From an uncultured Sutterella sp. (GTDB lineage: Bacteria; Pseudomonadota; Gammaproteobacteria; Burkholderiales; Burkholderiaceae_F): a DNA stretch of 64,000 nt. Below the pieces are notes generated by a model. The model was given only the letters and a program-made list of their open reading frames with translations, was not told the DNA's origin and made no database searches. Position 1 is the stretch's first letter. Each line of letters begins with the position of its first letter. Shown in pieces: positions 21,688-32,240 of this stretch. A program made the translations under genes and the position numbers. The stretch is from the NCBI RefSeq assembly GCF_905198475.1, contig NZ_CAJKCQ010000001.1; one strand, 5' to 3'.

Positions 21688-24195
21688 ATGGCAAAGGTTC
21701 TCAAGTTCACCGCCTGCGCCGCCGCAGTCGCCGTCGCGCTCTACGCCGCCGCGGGCTACGTCGGCGTGCCTTATGCGACGCGAACGGTCGTGGAGAAGAC
21801 GGCGTCCGAAATGCTCGGCCGCACCGTCACGCTCAAGGACGTCACCTTCAATCCCTGGACCTGGGTGTATGAGATCAAGGGGCTCGAGATTCCCGAGCCC
21901 GGCTCCGAGCCGCTCCTCAAGCTCGCGCTCCTGCGCATCGACGCTTCTTCGCAGACGCTCTTCAAGCTCGCTCCGGTTCTCGATGAGGTCACGATCGACG
22001 GCCTTCAGGTGAACGCCGTCATGAACGAAAAGAACAAAAAGGACTTCGAGCGGCTCACGGGCGGCTCCGGCGATGCGGGGGCGAAGTCCTCGGGGTCGTC
22101 CTCCGCAGGCTCGTCGGGGCTGCCGAAGTTCGCGCTCTACAACATCTCGCTCACCAATTCGTCCCTGCGTTATCAGGACAAGGCCGCCGGGATCGACGAG
22201 TCGGTCACCGACCTCACGGTGAAGCTGCCCTTCGTCTCGACGATGGAAAGTTCGAGCGAGAGCCTCGTGACGCCGGAGCTTTCGCTGAAGCTCAACGGCT
22301 CGCCCATCGAGGCGACGGGTTCGACGAAGCCCTTCGGCACCACGCTTGAGGCGCAGCTCAACCTCAAGATCGCCTCGCTCGACGTCGGCGCGCTCGCACG
22401 CCTCGTGCCCGCACTGCAGGGCGACAAGCTCAAAGTCGCGGGCGCCAAGCTCTCGAGCGACCTCAACTTCATCTTCCGCAATCCCACGGGCGGCAAGCCC
22501 GCGAAGATGCTCCTCTCGGGGCGCACCACGCTCACGGACGTTTCGGTGACGCACAAGGGCGCCACGCTCGTCACGCTCCCGAAAGCGGACGTGACGGTGG
22601 GCGAAGTGGACCTCGTCGGCAGGAAGGCGGTGGTGCAGAACGTCACGGTTTCCGGACTCAAGGTCCGCGCGGCGAAGACGAAGTCCGGCATCAATCTCCT
22701 CGAGGCGGTCGAATCGGTCTCGGGGAGCCCGGCGGCCAAGTCGGGCAGCGCCGAACCCGCCTCGGGCTCGAGCTCCGGCCCGGACGCCGCCTGGTCGTGG
22801 CGCGTCGCCTCCGCCTCGCTCACGAACGCCGACCTTTCCTGGTCGGACGCGACGGTGAGCCCCGCGGCGAAGCTGGGGCTCTCGAACCTCAACGTCACGG
22901 TGAAGGACCTGTCGTCTGAAAAGAACCATGCGGGATCCTTCACGGTCGCCGCGGACGCCCTCGGCGGGCACGTCGAGGCGTCGGGCACGGTCGCGCCCGC
23001 TCCGCTCGCGGTTGCCGCGGCGGTCCGCGGCTCGCGGCTCACGTTGAACGCCGCGGCGCCGTACGTGAAGGCGGCCCTCGGCGCGGACCTGCGCGCGGGG
23101 ATCGCGTTCGACGTCAAGGCGGACGTGGGGGGCGGGAGCGCCAAGGCCTCCGGGTCGGCGACCGTCTCCGACCTGCTTCTGCGCCGAGGACAGACCACGA
23201 TGGCGAGCGCGAAGACCGTCACGGTGAAGATCGCCGGCGTGGACACCGCGAAGCGCTCGGCCGATGTTTCGCTCATTTCGGTCGCGAGCCCCCTCGTGAA
23301 CGCCGTGATGACGAAGAAGGGCCTCAACTTCGCCGAGCTCGGCGGCACCTCCTCCGGCGACGGGAAGAAGGCGGAGGCGGCGAAGAGCGCCAAAGCGCAG
23401 GGCGCCGGCGCAGCGTGGAGCTGGAAGGTGGGCGAAGCCTCCGTCACGAACGGTACGCTGCGCTTGCGCGACGAATCCGTGAGGCCCGTCGCCTCGGCCG
23501 AAGTCCCGAAGCTCAACGTCGTCGTGAAGAACCTCTCCTCGGCGAAGGACAGCCTCGGCACGCTGAACCTCACGAGCGGGCTCGGCGGCGGGTCGCTCGC
23601 CGCCGCGGGCAAGGTCGGGATCTCGCCCCTTGCGGCCGACCTGGAGGTGAAGGGCTCGCAGATCGGACTCAAGCCCTTCTCGAGCCTCATGACCGCGTAC
23701 GCGGGCGTGGGCGCGAAGGGCGGCTCCATCGACTCGACGGGACGCCTCTCGCTGAAGACCGTGAAGGAGAAGACCGTCGCCGGTTGGAAGGGCGACCTTT
23801 CGCTCACCGGCCTCGACCTCACGACCGCTTCCGGCGCCGGCCTCATGAGCTGGAGGAAGGCCTCCCTCACCGGGGTGGATCTCGAGACCACCGAACCGCT
23901 CCACCTCGTCGTGACGAAGGCCGAAATCGACCAGCCCGCCGAGAAGCAGACGAAGGCCGTGCGCGAGATCGCCGGCATCGCCTCGCTCATCTCCTCGCTC
24001 ACCGGCCGGGAGAAGACCGCCGAGAAGATCGAAAAGTACTCCGGGAAGCTCTCGGGCTCGATCGTCCTTGAGAACATCCGCTACGAGAACGGCAAGTTCT
24101 CCGCCGCGGGCGTCAGTGAAGCCTCGTTGGGCGGCCTCATCCTCGAGAAGCTCTCCTCGTCGGTCGGGGCGAAGCTCAACGCCACCTCGAAGTAG
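21688..24195 (+). CDS. Large DUF748/AsmA-like periplasmic protein with an N-terminal membrane anchor
   Basis: MAKVLKFTACAAAVAVALYAAAGY TM helix, then about 800 aa of repetitive Ala/Ser/Gly/Thr/Lys-rich beta-rich sequence with repeated WSWRVASASLTN / WSWKVGEASVTN modules typical of DUF748. The assignment is tentative. Confidence 0.5.
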   Translation: MAKVLKFTACAAAVAVALYAAAGYVGVPYATRTVVEKTASEMLGRTVTLKDVTFNPWTWVYEIKGLEIPEPGSEPLLKLALLRIDASSQTLFKLAPVLDEVTIDGLQVNAVMNEKNKKDFERLTGGSGDAGAKSSGSSSAGSSGLPKFALYNISLTNSSLRYQDKAAGIDESVTDLTVKLPFVSTMESSSESLVTPELSLKLNGSPIEATGSTKPFGTTLEAQLNLKIASLDVGALARLVPALQGDKLKVAGAKLSSDLNFIFRNPTGGKPAKMLLSGRTTLTDVSVTHKGATLVTLPKADVTVGEVDLVGRKAVVQNVTVSGLKVRAAKTKSGINLLEAVESVSGSPAAKSGSAEPASGSSSGPDAAWSWRVASASLTNADLSWSDATVSPAAKLGLSNLNVTVKDLSSEKNHAGSFTVAADALGGHVEASGTVAPAPLAVAAAVRGSRLTLNAAAPYVKAALGADLRAGIAFDVKADVGGGSAKASGSATVSDLLLRRGQTTMASAKTVTVKIAGVDTAKRSADVSLISVASPLVNAVMTKKGLNFAELGGTSSGDGKKAEAAKSAKAQGAGAAWSWKVGEASVTNGTLRLRDESVRPVASAEVPKLNVVVKNLSSAKDSLGTLNLTSGLGGGSLAAAGKVGISPLAADLEVKGSQIGLKPFSSLMTAYAGVGAKGGSIDSTGRLSLKTVKEKTVAGWKGDLSLTGLDLTTASGAGLMSWRKASLTGVDLETTEPLHLVVTKAEIDQPAEKQTKAVREIAGIASLISSLTGREKTAEKIEKYSGKLSGSIVLENIRYENGKFSAAGVSEASLGGLILEKLSSSVGAKLNATSK

Positions 24196-24323
24196 CCTCC
24201 GCTCCTCCCGCCCCGGCCGCCCGCCGGAGCGGGAGCTCGGTGCGCCGGGCTTGATTGACCGGCGGATGGGACAAAAAGAAGCTGAGGCGGCCTTCATCGG
24301 CCGTCGGTCCCCGGACAGCAAAA

Positions 24324-24355
24324 AACCCGAATCGTCCTTGAACGATTCGGGTTTG
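24324..24355 (-). terminator. Rho-independent terminator downstream of tRNA-Thr
   Basis: CCCGAATCGT-TCAAGG-ACGATTCGGG hairpin followed on the minus strand by TTTTTTGCT. Confidence 0.6.
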
Positions 24356-24361
24356 AATTCG

Positions 24362-24437
24362 TGGTGCCGGAGAAGAGATTTGAACTCCCGACCTTCGCAT
24401 TACGAATGCGCTGCTCTACCAGCTGAGCTACACCGGC
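24362..24437 (-). tRNA. tRNA-Thr (anticodon CGU)
   Basis: Minus-strand sequence GCCGGTGTAGCTCAGCTGGTAGAGCAGCGCATTCGTAATGCGAAGGTCGGGAGTTCAAATCTCTTCTCCGGCACCA gives a cloverleaf with anticodon loop TTCGTAA (CGT), a GTTCAAATC T-loop and an encoded CCA. Confidence 0.8.
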
Positions 24438-24485
24438 ATCTCTCGATCTTCGAAGCTTGCTCAGCCTCGGGATCGGAGGAGGTGA

Positions 24486-24514
24486 ATTATGCAGATGAAA
24501 AACCGGAACGGCAA
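24486..24514 (-). promoter_or_regulatory. Candidate sigma-70 promoter for tRNA-Thr
   Basis: Minus strand: -35 TTGCCG, 17-nt spacer, -10 CATAAT, about 50 nt upstream of the mature tRNA 5' end. A TTACATT direct repeat lies just upstream. Confidence 0.35.
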
Positions 24515-24708
24515 GAGTGATTTACATTTTGTTACATTCAGTCGCAATCCTCCACCCGTCCGCACCGCCGCGCGGTTCGGCCCGGACGACCTCGGCGGAC
24601 CTCACTCCCGGTGTGCGGGCGTCCCCGCGGGCCGCTTAGAATGATAAGTTTCCGCGCCCGTCCGAAGCGGACGCCCTCCATCAACGCGCTCTCCCGTGAG
24701 GCCGATTC

Positions 24709-25215
24709 GTGACCGAACCCCTAACCGCCCGACTTCCCTCCCCCGAGGACACCGACCGCATGGGCGGCGCGCTCGCCCGGGCGCTTACCGAAGCGAAGCC
24801 TGAAATCGACGGCGCGGGGCTCGCTCTGCGCCTCGAAGGAGATCTCGGCGCGGGGAAGACGAGCCTCGTGCGTGCGGCGCTCCGTGCGCTCGGCTGGTCG
24901 GGCCCGGTGAAGAGCCCGACCTTCACGCTCCTCGAGACCTACGCGCTTGCCGGGTTCGTCTTCAACCACTTCGACTTCTACCGGTTCGAGACGCCCGAGG
25001 AGTTCGACGACGCGGGCTTTTCCGAGGAGTTCGGGCCGGGGCGCGTCTGCGCGACCGAGTGGAGCGTGCGCGCCGAACCGTTTCTGCCGCCCGCAGACCT
25101 GATCGTCGCGCTCGCGCCCGAAGGGCTCGGGCGCGTGATCGAGGTGCGGGCCGCCACCCCCGCCGGCGAAGTAGTGCTCGAAGGACTGAGGAAGGCATGG
25201 AACGGCGCCGTCTGA
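24709..25215 (+). CDS. tsaE: tRNA threonylcarbamoyladenosine biosynthesis ATPase TsaE (YjeE)
   Basis: P-loop LRLEGDLGAGKTSLVRA, about 160 aa, GTG start. The 3' end overlaps amiC. Confidence 0.75.
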   Translation: MTEPLTARLPSPEDTDRMGGALARALTEAKPEIDGAGLALRLEGDLGAGKTSLVRAALRALGWSGPVKSPTFTLLETYALAGFVFNHFDFYRFETPEEFDDAGFSEEFGPGRVCATEWSVRAEPFLPPADLIVALAPEGLGRVIEVRAATPAGEVVLEGLRKAWNGAV

Positions 25216-26549
25216 TCGCCGCCGCGGGCGGCACGCTGCTCTTTTCGCTCGCCCCCTGGCAGATCGCCGAAGGGGCGAAGCTCGTCAACGTGCGCATGTG
25301 GCCCGCCGAGGAGTACACGCGCGTCACAATCGAAACGGACGTTCCGCTCAAGTTCAAGCACTTCATGCTGCGCTCGGGCTCGCCCATCCGGCTCGTGATC
25401 GACATCGAAGGACTCGCGCTCACCGAGCGCGTGAAGCGCCTGATCGCCGACGTGAAGCCCGACGATCCGTACATCGGCGCGATGCGCATCGGGCAGTTCA
25501 AGCCCGGCGTGCTGCGCCTCGTAATGGACTTGAAGACCGACGTAAAGCCCGAGGTCTTTCTGCTCAAGCCCTTCGCGAACTACAAGTACCGCCTCGTCTT
25601 CGACGTCTACCCGGCGCATCCGCGCGACGCGATCGGGCGGATCCTTTCGGGTTCGGAGGACACCTCGGACGCGGGCGACCTGATCAACTCGGGTGCTGCA
25701 GCCGATCCCCTGGGAGACGTCCTCGCGGGCCTCACGACGCCATCTTCGGGCGGCGCGAAGCCCCAGACCGGAAGCAGCCTCCCGGCGAAGACCGCCCCGA
25801 GCAAGCCCGCGCAGACCGCCAAGAGCTTCGCGAAGAAGTCCGACGACGACACCGTCGTGATCGTGATTGATCCGGGCCACGGCGGCGAGGATCCGGGCGC
25901 GATCGGGCGCCGCCGGACCCAGGAGAAGACGGTGGTGCTGCAGATCGCGCGGCGCCTTGTCGCCCTGATCGGGAAGGAGCCCGGCATGAAGGCGGTGATG
26001 ACGCGCAACTCCGACCACTTCGTGAGCCTCGGCGGGCGCGTCGCGATCGCGCGGCGCGTGCGTGCGCACCTCCTCGTGAGCATCCACGCCGACGCCTGGG
26101 TGAAGAGCACCGCACGCGGCTCCTCGGTCTTCGCGCTCTCGCAGAAGGGCGCCACGTCCGCGGCGGCCCGCTGGCTCGCGAAGAGCCAGAACGAATCCGA
26201 CCTGATCGGCGGCGTGAACATCACGACCGTCAACAAGCAGGTGGCGAGCGTGCTCGTGGACATGACCTCGTCCTGGACGATCAGCTACAGCCTCGGGCTC
26301 GGCTCGGCCGTGCTCCAGGAGCTCGCCGACGTGAACAAGCTCCACAAGGGCCGCGTCGAGCAGGCGGGCTTCGCCGTGCTGAAGGGCCAGGGCATCCCCT
26401 CGATCCTCGTCGAGACGGCGTTCATCTCCAACCCGACCGAGGAGCAGCTCCTCAAGAACGCCTCGCACCAACAGAAGCTCGCGCAGGCGATCCTCACCGG
26501 GATCAAGAAGCAGCTCGCAGCCGACAAAACCCTCACGCGCCAGGGCTGA
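25197..26549 (+). CDS. amiC: N-acetylmuramoyl-L-alanine amidase with an N-terminal AMIN domain (AmiC-like, Tat-type signal)
   Basis: MERRRLIAAAGGTLLFSLA signal, AMIN domain (VRMWPAEEYTRVTIE), catalytic amidase_3 domain (VIDPGHGGEDPGA...VSIHADA...E). Confidence 0.8.
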   Translation: MERRRLIAAAGGTLLFSLAPWQIAEGAKLVNVRMWPAEEYTRVTIETDVPLKFKHFMLRSGSPIRLVIDIEGLALTERVKRLIADVKPDDPYIGAMRIGQFKPGVLRLVMDLKTDVKPEVFLLKPFANYKYRLVFDVYPAHPRDAIGRILSGSEDTSDAGDLINSGAAADPLGDVLAGLTTPSSGGAKPQTGSSLPAKTAPSKPAQTAKSFAKKSDDDTVVIVIDPGHGGEDPGAIGRRRTQEKTVVLQIARRLVALIGKEPGMKAVMTRNSDHFVSLGGRVAIARRVRAHLLVSIHADAWVKSTARGSSVFALSQKGATSAAARWLAKSQNESDLIGGVNITTVNKQVASVLVDMTSSWTISYSLGLGSAVLQELADVNKLHKGRVEQAGFAVLKGQGIPSILVETAFISNPTEEQLLKNASHQQKLAQAILTGIKKQLAADKTLTRQG

Positions 26550-26744
26550 GGGCCCCATTCGGAGCGCCTCGACCGAGACCGCCCCCGGCCATTACAATGC
26601 GCACATCTCAAACCTCTGAGCGGCGCGCCCGCTCCGGTCAACACGGAGCCTCCGTCGAGGCGCCTCCCCGCCCAAACGCGGGGGCGGCGGGACCTCCGGA
26701 GCCGCGGGCGCGACCGTCCATTTCCATCCTTGGAGTGAAACGCA

Positions 26745-27809
26745 ATGGCTCTTGTTTCCATGCGCCAGCTGCTCGACCACGCAGCTGAAAACGGCTACGG
26801 CATTCCCGCCTTCAACGTCAACAACCTCGAGCAGGTTCAGGCCATCATGGCCGCGGCGAGCGAAGTCGGCGCGCCGGTGATCATGCAGGCCTCCGCGGGC
26901 GCGCGCAAGTACGCCGGCGAGTCGTTTCTGCGCCACCTGATCGAGGCGGCCGTTGAAGCCTATCCGGACGTTCCCGTCTGCATGCACCAGGACCACGGCC
27001 AGAGCCCGGCGGTCTGCCAGGGCGCCATCCGCTCGGGCTTCACCTCGGTGATGATGGACGGCTCGCTCATGAGCGACGGCAAGACCATCTCCACCTACGA
27101 GTACAACGTGGACGTCACGCGCCGCGTGGTCGAGATGGCCCACTGCATCGGCGTTTCGGTCGAAGGCGAGATCGGCTGCCTCGGCTCGCTCGAGACGATG
27201 CGCGGCGACAAGGAGGACGGGCACGGCACGGATGCCACGATGACCCGCGACCAGCTCCTCACGGATCCGGACCAGGCGGCCGAGTTTGCGCGCATCACGC
27301 AGATCGACGCCCTCGCGATCGCGATCGGCACCTCGCACGGCGCCTACAAGTTCACGCGCCGCCCCACCGGCGAGATCCTCTCGATCGACCGCGTGAAGGA
27401 GATCCACGCCCGTCTGCCCAACACCCACCTCGTGATGCACGGCTCCTCGTCCGTGCCGCAGGAGTACCTCGCCGAGATCCGCGAGTTCGGCGGCGACATG
27501 CGCGAAACCTACGGCGTGCCCGTCGAGGAGATTCAGAAGGCCATTCAGCACGGCGTGCGCAAGGTGAACATCGACACCGACATTCGCCTGGCGATGACGG
27601 CCGCGATGCGCCGCTACCTCGTCGAAAATCCCTCTGCCTTTGATCCGCGCGGCTACCTCAAGGCCGCCCGCAACGCCGCCAAGGAGCTCTGCCGCTCGCG
27701 CTACCTCGCCTTCGGCTGCGAAGGTCAGGGCGCGAAGATCAAGCCCATTGCGCTCGAGAAGATCGCGGCGAAGTACGCCGACGGCACGCTGCGCCAGAAC
27801 GTGATCTGA
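26745..27809 (+). CDS. fba: Class II fructose-1,6-bisphosphate aldolase
   Basis: [27 protein letters not shown]..., HQDHG, HGSS motifs. Confidence 0.9.
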   Translation: MALVSMRQLLDHAAENGYGIPAFNVNNLEQVQAIMAAASEVGAPVIMQASAGARKYAGESFLRHLIEAAVEAYPDVPVCMHQDHGQSPAVCQGAIRSGFTSVMMDGSLMSDGKTISTYEYNVDVTRRVVEMAHCIGVSVEGEIGCLGSLETMRGDKEDGHGTDATMTRDQLLTDPDQAAEFARITQIDALAIAIGTSHGAYKFTRRPTGEILSIDRVKEIHARLPNTHLVMHGSSSVPQEYLAEIREFGGDMRETYGVPVEEIQKAIQHGVRKVNIDTDIRLAMTAAMRRYLVENPSAFDPRGYLKAARNAAKELCRSRYLAFGCEGQGAKIKPIALEKIAAKYADGTLRQNVI

Positions 27810-27909
27810 TCCGCCCCGTTCGCAAGATAAATGCCCAGGCGCGCACTTCGGAAGCTCTCCAACGCTTCCCGGGGGCGCGCCTTTTCGTCACTCTCCGGCT
27901 GCAATCTTC

Positions 27910-28323
27910 ATGACTGAGAAGAACCCATCCTCCGCCGAGGCGCTCAAGGGCAAGAAGGGGCTGCGGCGCCTCCTCAACGCCACGCGCTACTCCTGGCAGG
28001 GCATCCGCGCGGGCTTCACGCACGAAGCGGCCTTCCGCGAGGAGTGCCTGCTCGCCCTCGTCCTCATTCCCGTGGCGCTGCTGCTGCCCGTGACGCTCCT
28101 CGAGAAGGTGATCCTCATCAATTCGGTGCTCTTCCTGCTGTTGGTCGAGATCCTCAACTCCGCCGTCGAGGCGGTGGTGGACCGCATCGGCATGGAGATC
28201 CATCCGCTCGCGGGGCGCGCGAAGGACATGGGCAGCGCCGCCGTGCTCTTCGCCCTCATCATGGGCGGCGTCGCCTGGGCCTTCATCGCCCTGCCCGCGC
28301 TCTGGCGCCTTCTTGCGGGCTGA
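27910..28323 (+). CDS. dgkA: Diacylglycerol kinase
   Basis: About 135 aa, three TM segments, LNSAVEAVVDRIG signature. Confidence 0.8.
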   Translation: MTEKNPSSAEALKGKKGLRRLLNATRYSWQGIRAGFTHEAAFREECLLALVLIPVALLLPVTLLEKVILINSVLFLLLVEILNSAVEAVVDRIGMEIHPLAGRAKDMGSAAVLFALIMGGVAWAFIALPALWRLLAG

Positions 28324-28444
28324 GCGAGCGCAAACCGCGTTGGGTGGTTTCACCGGCCCGCCGGGAGCGGGCCGCCCGCGGCACCCTTAAAATCATCGTT
28401 TCGACGACCTTTTTTCTTTCACCCTTCAGGGGAGGCAATTTCCA

Positions 28445-29338
28445 ATGCCCGGTCTTTCCAAGACGAACATTCCGTCCCTCAAGCAGATCTACAGCGGCAA
28501 GGTCCGCGACTGCTACGAAGTGGGCTCCGACAAGCTTCTGCAGGTCGCGAGCGACCGCATCTCGGCCTTCGACGTGATCCTCGGCGACCCGATCCCCGGC
28601 AAGGGCAAGGTCCTCACCGCGCTCACGAACTTCTGGTTCGAAAAGCTCAAGGACGTGATTCCGAACCACCTCACCGGCATCGATCCGAAGACGGTCGTCA
28701 AGCCCGAGGAGATACCCCAGGTCGACGGCCGCGCCGTCGTCTGCAAGCGCCTCAAGCCGATCCTCATCGAGTGCGTCGCGCGCGGCTACATCATCGGCGG
28801 CGGATGGAAGGACTACCAGGCGACCGGCGAAGTCTGCGGCATCAAGCTCCCGGCGGGCCTGCGCCAGGCCGAAAAGCTCCCCGAGCCGATCTTCACCCCG
28901 GCCGCCAAGGCCGAGCTCGGCACGCACGACGAAAACATCTCCTACGACCGCGTCGTTGAGATGTACGGCGAGAAGGTCGCGCGCACGATCAAGAACGCCA
29001 CCCTCGAGCTCTACAAGCGCGCCTCTGAGTACGCCCTCACGAAGGGCATCATCATCGCCGACACGAAGTTCGAGTTCGGCCTTGACGAGAACGGCAACGT
29101 CCTCCTGATGGACGAAGTCCTCACGCCCGATTCGAGCCGCTTCTGGCCGGCCGACTCCTACGAGGTCGGCACGTCCCCGAAGAGCTTCGACAAGCAGTAC
29201 ATCCGCGACTGGCTTGAAACCCAGCCCTGGAACAAGCGTCCGCCCGCTCCGAAGATTCCCGCCGAGGTGATCGAGAAGACGGCCGACAAGTACCGCGAGG
29301 CGCTTCGCCGTCTGACCGGCACGGACATCGAGCCGTAA
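28445..29338 (+). CDS. purC: Phosphoribosylaminoimidazole-succinocarboxamide synthase
   Basis: [28 protein letters not shown] motifs. Confidence 0.9.
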   Translation: MPGLSKTNIPSLKQIYSGKVRDCYEVGSDKLLQVASDRISAFDVILGDPIPGKGKVLTALTNFWFEKLKDVIPNHLTGIDPKTVVKPEEIPQVDGRAVVCKRLKPILIECVARGYIIGGGWKDYQATGEVCGIKLPAGLRQAEKLPEPIFTPAAKAELGTHDENISYDRVVEMYGEKVARTIKNATLELYKRASEYALTKGIIIADTKFEFGLDENGNVLLMDEVLTPDSSRFWPADSYEVGTSPKSFDKQYIRDWLETQPWNKRPPAPKIPAEVIEKTADKYREALRRLTGTDIEP

Positions 29339-29439
29339 CCGGACCCTCCCGGCTCCTACAATCCGACACCCGCGGCCGCCGCTCTCCCTCACCGGAGTCC
29401 GGCGGCCGGGCGTTTTCCAGAGAACCGTTTTTTCTCCAA

Positions 29440-29961
29440 ATGAACACCATGGATCAGAGCACCCAGACTCCCCTCGTCGGCATTCTGATGGGCAGCAACT
29501 CCGACTGGGAGGTGATGAAGAACGCCGCCCAGATGCTCAAGGACTTCGGCGTCCCCTTCGAAGCGCGCGTCGTGAGCGCGCACCGCATGCCCGATGAAAT
29601 GTTCGAGTACGCCGAGAAGGCGGCCGAACGCGGCATCCGCGTGATCATTGCGGGCGCGGGCGGTGCGGCGCACCTTCCCGGCATGCTCGCCGCCAAATGC
29701 ACGCTCCCCGTGTGCGGCGTGCCCGTGCCTTCGAAGTATCTGCGCGGCGTGGACAGCCTCCACTCGATCGTGCAGATGCCCAAGGGCGTTCCGGTCGCGA
29801 CCTTCGCGATCGGCGAGGCCGGCGCCGCCAACGCCGCGCTCTACGCCTGCCAGATTCTCGCGCTCACGGACGCCGGTCTCTTGCGCCGCCTCGCGGACTT
29901 CCGCATCGCGCAGAACGCCAAGGCCCGCGCGATGACGCTGCCCCTCGAGACGCTCGCCTGA
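29440..29961 (+). CDS. purE: N5-carboxyaminoimidazole ribonucleotide mutase
   Basis: [21 protein letters not shown] motifs. Confidence 0.9.
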   Translation: MNTMDQSTQTPLVGILMGSNSDWEVMKNAAQMLKDFGVPFEARVVSAHRMPDEMFEYAEKAAERGIRVIIAGAGGAAHLPGMLAAKCTLPVCGVPVPSKYLRGVDSLHSIVQMPKGVPVATFAIGEAGAANAALYACQILALTDAGLLRRLADFRIAQNAKARAMTLPLETLA

Positions 29962-29984
29962 TTCCCTGAAGGAGACTTCTGAAG

Positions 29985-31166
29985 ATGACCACTCCCCGCA
30001 CGCTTCTGCCGGGCGCGACGCTCGGCCTCTTGGGCGGCGGCCAGCTCGGACGCATGTTCTCCGAAGCGGCCGCCCGCATGGGCTACCACGTCGTCGTGCT
30101 CGAACCCCATGCGCCTTCGCCCGCGGGCGAAGTCTCCTCGGCGCAGATCGCCGCGGCCTACGACGCCGCCGACGGCCTCGACGAGCTCGCCCGCCGCGTC
30201 GCCGCCGTGACGACGGAGTTTGAGAACGTCCCGGCCGGGAGCCTGAAGCGCCTCGCCGAGGCGGGCGTCGTCACCGCGCCGCACGCCGACGCGGTCGCCG
30301 CCACGCAGGACCGCAACGTCGAGAAGGCCTTCATCGAAAGCGCCGGGGTGCCGACGGCCCCGCACCGCGCCGTGCGCACCGCCGCCGACGTCGAGGCGCT
30401 CTCCGAGGACCTCTTCCCCGGCATCCTGAAGACCGCCCGGCTCGGCTACGACGGCAAGGGCCAGGCGCGCGTCGCCGACCGCGCCGAAGCGCTCGCTGCC
30501 TGGGAGAAGTTCGGCCGCACGGACTGCGTCCTTGAGAAGCGCCTCGCGCTCAAGACCGAAGTGTCGGTGATCATCTGCCGCAATCCGCAGGGCGAGAGCC
30601 GCGTCTTCCCGGTCTGCGAGAACCACCACCGGAACGGCATCCTCGCCTACACCGTGATGCCCGCGCGCATCGACGCCGCGCTCGCCGAAAAGGCGCAGGC
30701 GTTCGCCCGCAGCATCGCCGACCACCTGCACTACGTGGGCGTGCTCTGCGTCGAGCTCTTCGTCCTCGAGGACGGCACGGTGCTCGCAAATGAACTCGCG
30801 CCCCGCCCCCACAACTCCGGCCACGCGACGATCGAGGCGTGCGCCACCTCCCAGTACGAGGAGCAGGTGCGCGCGATGGCGGGGCTCCCCTTGGGCGACA
30901 CCACGCAGATCGCCCCGGCCGTGATGCTCAACCTCCTCGGCGACCTCTGGTTCGACGAGAAGGACGCTCACGTGACGCCCTCCTGGGAGAAGCTTCTCGC
31001 GCTCCCGGGCGTGAAGCTCCACCTCTACGGCAAGGCCGAGGCGCGCCGCGCCCGCAAGATGGGCCACGTGACGGTGTTGGGGGCCACGCAGGCCGAAGCC
31101 CTCGAACGGGCTCACGAAGCGGCCCGCATCCTCGATCTTCCCTTCGCCGAAGAGCTCACGCAATGA
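29985..31166 (+). CDS. purK: N5-carboxyaminoimidazole ribonucleotide synthase
   Basis: ATP-grasp fold; LGLLGGGQLGRM N-terminus. Confidence 0.85.
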   Translation: MTTPRTLLPGATLGLLGGGQLGRMFSEAAARMGYHVVVLEPHAPSPAGEVSSAQIAAAYDAADGLDELARRVAAVTTEFENVPAGSLKRLAEAGVVTAPHADAVAATQDRNVEKAFIESAGVPTAPHRAVRTAADVEALSEDLFPGILKTARLGYDGKGQARVADRAEALAAWEKFGRTDCVLEKRLALKTEVSVIICRNPQGESRVFPVCENHHRNGILAYTVMPARIDAALAEKAQAFARSIADHLHYVGVLCVELFVLEDGTVLANELAPRPHNSGHATIEACATSQYEEQVRAMAGLPLGDTTQIAPAVMLNLLGDLWFDEKDAHVTPSWEKLLALPGVKLHLYGKAEARRARKMGHVTVLGATQAEALERAHEAARILDLPFAEELTQ

Positions 31167-32164
31167 CGAAGAACCTCACGCCGCCGGTCGATCCGGTCGA
31201 GATCGAGCGCGCCGTGCGCGTGCTCGAAGCGGGCGGACTCGTCGCCATGCCGACCGAAACGGTCTACGGGCTCGCCGCCGACGCCGACCAGGAGTCGGCG
31301 GTGAACGCCACCTACGACGCCAAGGGACGGCCGCGCAACCACCCGCTCATCGTGCACGTCGCGGGCCCTGAGGACATCGCCTGGTGGGCGGAGTCGACGC
31401 CCGAAGCCGAGCTCCTCGCCCGGCGCTACTGGCCCGGGCCGCTGACGATCGTCCTCACGAAGAAGCCGCGCTGCGGCCTCTGGGTGACGGGCGGGCAGGA
31501 CACGGTGGCGCTGCGCTGCCCCTCGCACCCCTGGGCGCACGCGCTCATCTCGGCCTTCTCGGGCCCGACGCACCGCGGACTCACCGCCCCCTCGTGCAAC
31601 TCCTTCGGACGCATCAGTCCGTCGTGCGCGCGGCACGTGCGCGAAGACCTCGGCGAGAAGCCCTCGGGCAAGCTCGACCTCATCCTCGACGGAGGCCCGT
31701 GCGAATTCGGCATCGAATCCACGATGGTGAACCTCTCGGGCGCGCGGCCCGAGATCCTGCGTCACGGCGTCGTCACCCGCGCCATGCTCGAGGAGACGCT
31801 CGGGCGCCCCGTGCCCGATGCGGGCGCGGACGCTCCGCGCGCCTCGGGGCGGCTCAAGAGCCACTACGCGCCGCGCACCAAGGCGGAGCTCGTGGCGCCC
31901 GAAGCCCTCGCCGAACGGGCGCGCGAACTCTCTGCCGAAGGGCTCGCGCTCGCCGTGATGGCGCCTGAGGTGCTGCGCGCGGCGCTTCCCGCCGTCAAGC
32001 GCTTCGTCGCCGCACCCGAAGACGTCTCCGCCTACGGAGCGTTTCTCTACGAAGCGCTCCATGAGCTCGACGCCGCGGGCGCCGACCGCATCCTGATCGC
32101 GCGGCCCTCCGACGCCCCTGAATGGGCGGCGGTGGACGACCGCCTCGGGCGCGCGACCGCCTGA
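31163..32164 (+). CDS. tsaC: L-threonylcarbamoyladenylate synthase (TsaC/Sua5, long form with Sua5 C-terminal domain)
   Basis: YrdC-domain motifs (LEAGGLVAMPTETVYGLAADA, KGRPRNHPLIVHV) plus a C-terminal extension. The ATG overlaps the purK stop as ATGA. Confidence 0.8.
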   Translation: MTKNLTPPVDPVEIERAVRVLEAGGLVAMPTETVYGLAADADQESAVNATYDAKGRPRNHPLIVHVAGPEDIAWWAESTPEAELLARRYWPGPLTIVLTKKPRCGLWVTGGQDTVALRCPSHPWAHALISAFSGPTHRGLTAPSCNSFGRISPSCARHVREDLGEKPSGKLDLILDGGPCEFGIESTMVNLSGARPEILRHGVVTRAMLEETLGRPVPDAGADAPRASGRLKSHYAPRTKAELVAPEALAERARELSAEGLALAVMAPEVLRAALPAVKRFVAAPEDVSAYGAFLYEALHELDAAGADRILIARPSDAPEWAAVDDRLGRATA

Positions 32165-32240
32165 GCGCGCTTCGGGCGGAACTTCTTCCGGGGAGGAGCG
32201 GCACGGCGCCTCCCCGATTCATGCTTCTGGAGAGAAGGAA

